A stretch of 64,000 bases of DNA, from the NCBI GenBank assembly GCA_964016885.1, contig OZ024741.1, forward strand, positions 211,730,001 to 211,794,000, read 5' to 3'. The notes under the pieces were generated by a model. It was given only the letters and a program-made list of their open reading frames with translations. It did no database searches and had not been told where the DNA came from. A program made the position numbers and the translations under genes. Shown here in pieces: positions 54,780-64,000 of the stretch; within the stretch, counting starts at the first letter, position 1; the number at the start of each line of letters is the position of its first letter. Origin of the DNA: Eledone cirrhosa. Its lineage: Eukaryota.

Positions 54780-56873
54780 CATTGTTGTTGATGTTGTTAT
54801 TGTTGGTGATGTTGTTATTGTTGATGTTGTTATTGTTGTTGATGTTGTCATTGTTGTTGATGTGGTTCTTGTTGTTATTGTTGTTGATGTTGTCATTGTT
54901 GTTGATGTTGTTATTGTTGATGATGTTGTTATTGTTGTTGATGTTATTATCGTTGTTGATGTTGTCATTGTTGTTGATGTTGTCATTGTTGTTGATGTTT
55001 TCATTGTTGTTGATGTTGTTATTGTTGTTGATGTTGTTATTGTTGTTGATGTTGTCATTGTTGTTGATGTTGTTATTGTTGTTGATGTTGTTATTGTTGT
55101 TGATGTTGTTATTGTTATTGATGTTGTTATTGTTGTTGATGTTGTCATTGTTGTTGATGTTGTTATTGTTGTTGATGTTGTTATTGTTGTTGATGTTGTT
55201 ATTGTTGTTGTCATTGTTGTTGATGTTGTCATTGTTGTTGGTGTTGTCATCGTTGTTGGTGTTGTCATTGTTGTTGATGTTGTTATTGTTGTTGATGTTG
55301 TCATTGTTGTTGATGTTGTTATTGTTGTTGATTTTGTTATTGTTGTTGATGTTGTTATTGTTGTTGATGTTGTTATTGTTGTTGATGTTGTAATTGTTGT
55401 TGATGTTGTTATTGTTGTTGATGTTGTCATTGTTGTTAATGTTGTTATTGTTGTTGATGTTGTTATTGTTGTTGGTGTTGTCATTGTTGTTGATGTTGTT
55501 ATTGTTGTTGATGTTGTTATTGTTGTTGATGTTGTTATTGTTGTTGATGTTGTTATTGTTGTTGATGTTGTCATTGTTGTTGATGTTGTTATTGTTGTTG
55601 ATGTTGTCATTCTTGTTGATGTTGTCATTGTTGTTGGTGTTGTCATTGTTGTTGATGTTGTTATTGTTTATGATGTTGTTATTGTTGTTGATGTAGTCAT
55701 TGTTGTTGATGTTGTTATTGTTGTTGATGTTGTTATTGTTGTTTGTCATTGTTGTTGATGTTGTCATTGATGTTGATGTTGTTATTGTTGTTGATGTTGT
55801 CATTGTTGTTGATGTTGTTATTGTTGTTGATGTTGCTATTGTTGTTGATGTTGTCATTGTTGTTGATGTTGTTATTATTGTTGATGTTGTTATTGTTGTT
55901 GATGTTGTTATTGTTGTTGATGTTGTTATTGTTGTTGATGTTGTTATTGTGGTTGATGTTGTTATTGTTGATGTTGTTATTGTTGTTGATGTTGTTATTG
56001 TTGTTGATGTTGTCATTGTTGTTGATGTTTTCATTGTTGTTGATGTTGTTATTGTTGTTGATGTTGTTATTGTTGTTGATGTTGTTATCGTTGTTGATGT
56101 TGTTATCGTTGTTGATGTTGTCATTGTTGTTGATGTTGTTATTGTTGTTGATGTTGTTATCGTTGTTGATGTTGTTATTGTTGATGTTGTTATTGTTGTT
56201 GATGTTGTTATTGTTGTTGATGTTGTCATTGTTGTTGATGTTGTCATTGTTGTTGATGTTTTCATTGTTGTTGATGTTGTTATTGTTGTTGATGTTGTTA
56301 TTGTTGTTGATGTTGTCATTGTTGTTGGTGTTTTCATTGTTGTCGATGTTGTTATTGTTGTTGATGTTGTTATTGTTGTTGGTGTTGTCATTGTTGTTGA
56401 TGTTGTTATTGTTGTTGATGTTGTTATTGTTGTTGATGTTGTCATTGTTGTTGATGTTGTTATTGTTGTTGGTGTTGTCATTGTTGTTGATGTTGTTATT
56501 GTTGTTGATGTTGTCATTGTTGTTGATGTTGTTATTGTTGTTGATGTTGTCATCGTTGTTGATGTTGTCATTGTTGTTGATGTTGTTATTGTTGGTGATG
56601 TTGTTATTGTTGATGTTGTTATTGTTGTTGATGTTGTCATTGTTGTTGATGTTGTTCTTGTTGTTGATGTTGTCATTGTTGTTGATGTTGTCATTGTTGT
56701 TGATGTTGTTATTGTTGTTGATGTTGTTATTGTTGTTGGTGTTGTAATTGTTGTTGATGTTATTATTGTTGTTGATGTTGTTATTGTTGTTGATGTTGTT
56801 ATTGTTGTTGATGTTGTCATTGTTGTTGATGTTGTTATTGTTGTTGATGTTGTTATTATTGTTGATGTTGTCA

Positions 56874-56907
<34 letters not shown>

Positions 56908-59900
56908 CATTGTTGTTGATGTTGTTATTGTTGGTGATGTTGTTATTGTTGATGTTGTTATTGTTGTTGATGTTGTCATTGTTGTTGATGTGGTTCTTGT
57001 TGTTATTGTTGTTGATGTTGTCATTGTTGTTGATGTTGTTATTGTTGATGATGTTGTTATTGTTGTTGATGTTATTATCGTTGTTGATGTTGTCATTGTT
57101 GTTGATGTTGTCATTGTTGTTGATGTTTTCATTGTTGTTGATGTTGTTATTGTTGTTGATGTTGCTATTGTTGTTGATGTTGTCATTGTTGTTGATGTTG
57201 TTATTGTTGTTGATGTTGTTATTGTAGTTGATGTTGTTATTGTTATTGATGTTGTTATTGTTGTTGATGTTGTCATTGTTGTTGATGTTGTTATTGTTGT
57301 TGATGTTGTTATTGTTGTTGATGTTGTTATTGTTGTTGTCATTGTTGTTGATGTTGTCATTGTTGTTGGTGTCGTCATCGTTGTTGGTGTTGTCATTGTT
57401 GTTGATGTTGTTATTGTTGTTAATGTTGTCATTGTTGTTGATGTTGTTATTGTTGTTGATTTTGTTATTGTTGTTGATGTTGTTATTGTTGTTGATGTTG
57501 TTATTGTTGTTGATGTTGTAATTGTTGTTGATGTTGTTATTGTTGTTGATGTTGTCATTGTTGTTAATGTTGTTATTGTTGTTGATGTTGTTATTGTTGT
57601 TGGTGTTGTCATTGTTGTTGATGTTGTTATTGTTGTTGATGTTGTTATTGTTGTTGATGTTGTTATTGTTGTTGATGTTGTTATTGTTGTTGATGTTGTT
57701 ATTGTTGTTGATGTTGTCATTGTTGTTGATGTTGTTATTGTTGTTGATGTTGTCATTCTTGTTGATGTTGTCATTGTTGTTGGTGTTGTCATTGTTGTTG
57801 ATGTTGTTATTGTTTATGATGTTGTTATTGTTGTTGATGTTGTCACTGTTGTTGATGTTGTTATTGTTGTTGATGTTGTTATTGTTGTTTGTCATTGTTG
57901 TTGATGTTGTCATTGATGTTGATGTTGTTATTGTTGTTGATGTTGTCATTGTTGTTGATGTTGTTATTGTTGTTGATGTTGTTATTGTTGTTGATGTTGT
58001 CATTGTTGTTGATGTTGTTATTATTGTTGATGTTGTTATTGTTGTTGATGTTGTTATTGTTGTTGATGTTGTTATTGTTGTTGATGTTGTTATTATGGTT
58101 GATGTTGTTATTGTTGATGTTGTTATTGTTGTTGATGTTGTTATTGTTGTTGATGTTGTCATTGTTGTTGATGTTTTCATTGTTGTTGATGTTGTTATTG
58201 TTGTTGATGTTGTTATTGTTGTTGATGTTGTTATCGTTGTTGATGTTGTTATCGTTGTTGATGTTGTCATTGTTGTTGATGTTCTTATTGTTGTTGATGT
58301 TGTTATCGTTGTTGATGTTGTTATTGTTGATGTTGTTATTGTTGTTGATGTTGTTATTGTTGTTGATGTTGTCATTGTTGTTGATGTTGTCATTGTTGTT
58401 GATGTTTTCATTGTTGTTGATGTTGTTATTGTTGTTGATGTTGTTATTGTTGTTGATGTTGTCATTGTTGTTGGTGTTTTCATTGTTGTCGATGTTGTTA
58501 TTGTTGTTGATGTTGTTATTGTTGTTGGTGTTGTCATTGTTGTTGATGTTGTTATTGTTGTTGATGTTGTTATTGTTGTTGATGTTGTCATTGTTGTTGA
58601 TGTCGTTATTGTTGTTGGTGTTGTCATTGTTGTTGATGTTGTTATTGTTGTTGATGTTGTCATTGTTGTTGATGTTGTTATTGTTGTTGATGTTGTTATT
58701 GTTGTTGATGTTGTCATCGTTGTTGATGTTGTCATTGTTGTTGATGTTGTTATTGTTGGTGATGTTGTTATTGTTGATGTTGTTATTGTTGTTGATGTTG
58801 TCATTGTTGTTGATGTTGTTCTTGTTGTTGATGTTGTCATTGTTGTTGATGTTGTCATTGTTGTTGATGTTGTTATTGTTGTTGATGTTGTCATTGTTAT
58901 TGATGTTGTTATTGTTGTTGATGTTGTTATTGTTGTTGATGTTATCATTGTTGTTGATGTTGATATCGTTGTTGATGTTGTTATTGTTGATGTTGTTATT
59001 GTTGTTGATGTTGTTATTGTTGTTGATGTTGTTATTGTTGTTGATGTTGTCATTGTTGTTGATGTTGTCATTGTTGTTGATGTTGTCATTGTTGTTGATG
59101 TTGTTATTGTTGTTGATGTTGTCATTGTTGTTGATGTTGTCATTGTTGTTGATGTTTTCATTGTTGTTGATGTTGTTATTGTTGTTGATGTTGTTATTGT
59201 TGTTGATGTTGTTATTGTTGTTGATGTTGTCATTGTTGTTGATCTTGTTATTGTTGTTGATGTTGATATTGTTGTTGATGTTGTTATTGTTGTTGTCATT
59301 GTTGTTGATGTTGTCATTGTTGTTGGTGTTGTCATTGTTGTTGGTGTTGTCATTGTTGTTCATGTTGTTATTGATGTTGATGTTGTCATTGTTGTTGATG
59401 TTGTTATTGTTGTTGATTTTGTTATTGCTGTTGATGTTGTCATTGTTGTTGATGTTGTTATTATTGTTGATGTTGTTATTGTTGTTGATATTGTTATTGT
59501 TGTTGATGTTGTTATTGTTGTTGATGTTGTTATTGTGGTTGATGTTGTTATTGTTGATGTTGTTATTGTTGTTGATGTTGTTATTGTTGTTGATGTTGTC
59601 ATTGTTGTTGATGTTTTCATTGTTGTTGATGTTGTTATTGTTGTTGATGTTGTTATTGTTGTTGATGTTGTTATCGTTGTTGATGTTGTTATCGTTGTTG
59701 ATGTTGTCATTGTTGTTGATGTTGTTATTGTTGTTGATGTTGTTATCGTTGTTGATGTTGTTATTGTTGATGTTGTTATTGTTGTTGATGTTGTTATTGT
59801 TGTTGATGTTGTCATCGTTGTTGATGTTGTCATTGTTGTTGATGTTTTCATTGTTGTTGATGTTGTTATTGTTGTTGATGTTGTTATTGTTGTTGATGTT

Positions 59901-62560
59901 GTCATTGTTGTTGGTGTTTTCATTGTTGTCGATGTTGTTATTGTTGTTGATGTTGTTATTGTTGTTGGTGTTGTCATTGTTGTTGATGTTGTTATTGTTG
60001 TTGATGTTGTTATTGTTGTTGATGTTGTCATTGTTGTTGATGTTGTTATTGTTGTTGGTGTTGTCATTGTTGTTGATGTTGTTATTGTTGTTGATGTTGT
60101 CATTGTTGTTGATGTTGTTATTGTTGTTGATGTTGTTATTGTTGTTGATGTTGTCATCGTTGTTGATGTTGTCATTGTTGTTGATGTTGTTATTGTTGGT
60201 GATGTTATTATTGTTGATGTTGTTATTGTTGTTGATGTTGTCATTGTTGTTGATGTTGTTCTTGTTGTTGATGTTGTCATTGTTGTTGATGTTGTCATTG
60301 TTTTTGATGTTGTTATTGTTGTTGATGTTGTCATTGTTATTGATGTTGTTATTGTTGTTGATGTTGTTATTGTTGTTGATGTTATCATTGTTGTTGATGT
60401 TGATATCGTTGTTGATGTTGTTATTGTTGATGTTGTTATTGTTGTTGATGTTGTTATTGTTGTTGATGTTGTTATTGTTGTTGATGTTGTCATTGTTGTT
60501 GATGTTGTCATTGTTGTTGATGTTGTCATTGTTGTTGATGTTGTTATTGTTGTTGATGTTGTCATTGTTGTTGATGTTGTCATTGTTGTTGATGTTTTCA
60601 TTGTTGTTGATGTTGTTATTGTTGTTGATGTTGTTATTGTTGTTGATGTTGTTATTGTTGTTGATGTTGTCATTGTTGTTGATGTTGTTATTGTTGTTGA
60701 TGTTGATATTGTTGTTGATGTTGTTATTGTTGTTGTCATTGTTGTTGATGTTGTCATTGTTGTTGGTGTTGTCATTGTTGTTGGTGTTGTCATTGTTGTT
60801 CATGTTGTTATTGTTGTTGATGTTGTCATTGTTGTTGATGTTGTTATTGTTGTTGATTTTGTTATTGCTGTTGATGTTGTCATTGTTGTTGATGTTGTTA
60901 TTGTTGTTGATGATGTTATCGTCGTTGATGTTGTTATAGTTATTGATGTTGTCATTGTTGTTGATGTTGTTATTGTTGTTGATGTTGTTATCGTTGTTGA
61001 TGTTGTTATTGTTGTTGATGTTGTTATTGTTGTTGATGTTGTTATTGTTGTTGATGTTGTTATTGTTGTTGATGCTGTTATTGTTGTTGATGTTGTTATA
61101 GTTGTTGATGTTGTCATTGTTGTTGATGTTATAGTTGTTGATGTTGTCATTGTTGTTGATGTTGTTATTGTTGTTGATGTTGTTATTGTTGTTGATGATG
61201 TTATCGTCGTTGATGTTATAATTGTTGATGTTGTCATTGTTGTTGATGTTGTTATTGTTGTTGATGTTGTTATTGTTGTTGATGTTGTCATTGTTGTTAA
61301 TGTTGTTATTGTTGTTGATGTTGTTATTGTTGTTGATGTTGTCATTGTTGTTGATGTTGTTATCGTTGTTGATGTTGTTATTGTTGATGTTGTTATTGTT
61401 GTTGATGTTGTCATTGTTGTTGATGTTGTCATTGTTGTTGATGTTGTTATTGTTGTTGATGTTGTTATTGTTGTTGATGTTGTCATTGTTGTTGATGTTG
61501 TCATTGTTGTTGATGTTGTCATTGTTGTTGATGTTGTTATTATTGTTGATGTTGTTATTGTTGTTGATGTTGTCATTGTTGTTGAAGTTGTCATTGTTGT
61601 TGATGTTGTCATTGTTGTTGATGTTGTTATTGTTGTTGATGTTGTCATTTTTGTTGATGTTGTCATTGTTGTTGATGTTGATATTGTTGTTGATGTTGTT
61701 ATTGTTGTTGATGTTGTCATTGTTGTTGATGTTGTCATTGTTGTTGATGTTGTTATTGTTGTTGATGTTGTTATTGTTTATGATGTTGTTATTGTTGTTG
61801 ATGTTGTCATTGTTGTTGATGTTGTTATTGTTGTTGATGTTGTTATTGTTGTTTGTCATTGTTGTTGATGTTGTCATTGATGTTGATGTTGTTATTGTTG
61901 TTGATGTTGTCATTGTTGTTGATGTTGTTATTGTTGTTGATATTTTCAATGTTGTTGATGTTGTTATTGATGTTGATGTTGTTATTGTTGTTGGTGTTGT
62001 CATTGTTGTTGATGTTGTTATTGTTGTTGATATTGTTATTGTTGTTGATGTTGTTATTGTTGTTGATGTTGTCATTGTCGTTGATGTTGTTATTGTTGTT
62101 GATGTTGTCATTGTTGTTGATGTTGTTATTGTTGTTGATGTTGTCATTGTTGTTGATGTTGTCATTGTTGTTGATGTTGTCATTGTTGTTGATGTTGTTA
62201 TTGTTGTTGGTGTTGTCTTTGTTGTTGATGTTGTTATTGTTGTTGATGTTGTTATTGTTGTTGATGTTGTCATCGTTGTTGATGTTGTCATTGTTGTTGA
62301 TGTTGTCATTGTTGTTGATGTTGTTATTGTTGTTGATGTTGTTATTATTGTTGATGTTGTTATTGTTGTTGATGTTGTCATTGTTGTTGATGTTGTTATT
62401 GTTGTTGATGTTGTTATTGTTGTTGGTGTTGTAATTGTTGTTGATGTTATTATTGTTGTTGATGTTGTTATTGTTGTTGATGTTGTTATTGTTGTTGATG
62501 TTGTCATTGTTGTTGATGTTGTTATTGTTGTTGATGTTGTTATTATTGTTGATGTTGTCA

Positions 62561-62595
<35 letters not shown>

Positions 62596-64000
62596 ATTGT
62601 TGTTGGTGTTGTCATTGTTGTTGATGTTGTTATTGTTGTTGATGTTGTTATTGTTGTTGATGTTGTTATTGTTGTTGATGTTGTCATTGTTGTTGGTGTT
62701 TTCATTGTTGTCGATGTTGTTATTGTTGTTGTTATTGTTGTTGGTGTTGTCATTGTTGTTGATGTTGTTATTGTTGTTGATGTTGTTATTGTTGTTGATG
62801 TTGTCATTGTTGTTGATGTTGTTATTGTTGTTGGTGTTGTCATTGTTGTTGATGTTGTTATTGTTGTTGATGTTGTCATTGTTGTTGATGTTGTTATTGT
62901 TGTTGATGTTGTTATTGTTGTTGATGTTGTCATCGTTGTTGATGTTGTCATTGTTGTTGATGTTGTTATTGTTGGTGATGTTGTTATTGTTGATGTTGTT
63001 ATTGTTGTTGATGTTGTCATTGTTGTTGATGTTGTTCTTGTTGTTGATGTTGTCATTGTTGTTGATGTTGTCATTGTTGTTGATGTTGTTATTGTTGTTG
63101 ATGTTGTTATTGTTGTTGGTGTTGTAATTGTTGTTGATGTTATTATTGTTGTTGATGTTGTTATTGTTGTTGATGTTGTTATTGTTGTTGATGTTGTCAT
63201 TGTTGTTGATGTTGTTATTGTTGTTGATGTTGTTATTGTTGTTGATGTTGTTATTGTTATTGATGTTGTTATTGTTGTTGATGTTGTCATTGTTGTTGAT
63301 GTTGTTATTGTTGTTGATGTTGTTATTGTTGTTGATGTTGTTATTGTTATTGGTGTTGTCATTGTTGTTGATGTTGTTATTGTTGTTGATGTTGTTATTG
63401 TTGTTGATGTTGTTATTGTTGTTGATGTTGTTATTGTTGTTGATGTTGTTATTGTTGTTGATGTTGTCATTGTTGTTGATGTTGTTATTGTTGTTGATGT
63501 TGTCATTCTTGTTGATGTTGTCATTGTTGTTGGTGTTGTCATTGTTGTTGATGTTGTTATTGTTTATGATGTTGTTATTGTTGTTGATGTTGTCATTGTT
63601 GTTGATGTTGTTATTGTTGTTGATGTTGTTATTGTTGTTTGTCATTGTTGTTGATGTTGTCATTGATGTTGATGTTGTTATTGTTGTTGATGTTGTCATT
63701 GTTGTTGATGTTGTTATTGTTGTTGATGTTGTTATTGTTGTTGATGTTGTCATTGTTGTTGATGTTGTTATTATTGTTGATGTTGTTATTGTTGTTGATG
63801 TTGTTATTGTTGTTGATGTTGTTATTGTTGTTGATGTTGTTATTGTGGTTGATGTTGTTATTGTTGATGTTGTTATTGTTGTTGATGTTGTTATTGTTGT
63901 TGATGTTGTCATTGTTGTTGATGTTTTCATTGTTGTTGATGTTGTTATTGTTGTTGATGTTGTTATTGTTGTTGATGTTGTTATCGTTGTTGATGTTGTT
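53000..64000 (+). repeat. Right-hand domain with nested higher-order repeats (offsets ~2128-2146, 1440 and 7815 bp)
   Basis: Offset 7815: 53407/61222 and 54038/61853. Offset 2128: 54620/56748, 55394/57522 and GATGTGGTTCTT at 54859/56987. Offset 2146: 55743/57889. Offset 1440: GATATC at 58962/60402. Confidence 0.8.
58090..60890 (+). repeat. 1440-bp tandem duplication
   Basis: Sequence lines starting at 58141/59581 and 58921/60361 align column for column. Only scattered substitutions differ between the two copies. Confidence 0.85.

Larger units (their letters stand above)
1..64000 (+). repeat. Satellite/minisatellite tandem array, 18-bp monomer GATGTTGTYATTGTTGTT derived from (GTT)n, head-to-tail, extending past both window edges
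   Basis: Every line of the window follows GAT GTT GT(T/C) ATT GTT GTT with sparse substitutions and mostly 3-bp-multiple indels. Six-frame translations show strict 6-aa periodicity (VVDVVI, MLLLLL/MLSLLL, INNNNN/INNNDN, TTSTTI/TTSTTM). No non-repeat sequence seen. Confidence 0.99.

Noticed and set aside
1-64000. Poly-Leu/Met plus-strand ORFs
   Set aside because: These are translations of TTG/TTA/ATG triplets of the repeat. They are implausibly hydrophobic and overlap ORFs in other frames.
1-64000. CRISPR array or other repeat-spacer/cassette system
   Set aside because: There are no unique spacers, leader or associated genes. Monomers abut directly.
1-64000. Telomerase-made telomeric tract or G-quadruplex array, suggested by the G/T-rich strand
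   Set aside because: There are no GGG runs. Kilobase-scale copying of rare variants indicates recombination or duplication rather than templated addition of a short unit. A recombination-maintained terminal satellite cannot be excluded without chromosomal position.
1-64000. Pure sequencing or low-complexity artefact, or synthetic sequence
   Set aside because: Rare variants recur in consistent, nested, tree-like combinations with private differences between copies, as expected for a real evolving satellite. Individual duplications may still be misassembled.
1-64000. Assignment to a specific organism or to a functional centromere
   Set aside because: No unique sequence is available. GTT/AAC-derived arrays occur in multiple eukaryotic lineages, and centromere function requires chromatin data.

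Overview
The whole 64 kb window is one uninterrupted, single-orientation satellite DNA array. The monomer is 18 bp, consensus GATGTTGTYATTGTTGTT, giving roughly 3,500 copies (64,000/18). It is a diverged dimer of 9-mers built on a (GTT)n/(AAC)n trinucleotide scaffold. I see no unique sequence, transposon, RNA gene, CRISPR array or credible protein-coding gene. All supplied ORFs (poly-Leu, VVDVVI, INNNNN and TTSTTI frames) are by-products of the repeat's codon content and are broken or frame-switched by recurrent indels. The real information lies in rare variant monomers, which act as markers. They reveal nested higher-order repeats with offsets of about 369, 1440, 2128-2146, 2636-3152, ~2.8 kb, 3906 (2145+1761), 4687/5272/5290, 7003 and 7815 bp. 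They also define regional domains with different indel markers and show kinship between blocks 45-50 kb apart. The most likely context is eukaryotic heterochromatin (e.g. pericentromeric or subtelomeric), but this is inference and the organism cannot be identified from this sequence. I found no evidence for a novel gene-encoded system. The findings concern satellite architecture and evolution, and long-read validation is needed to exclude assembly artefacts. Block boundaries are read by eye and approximate.
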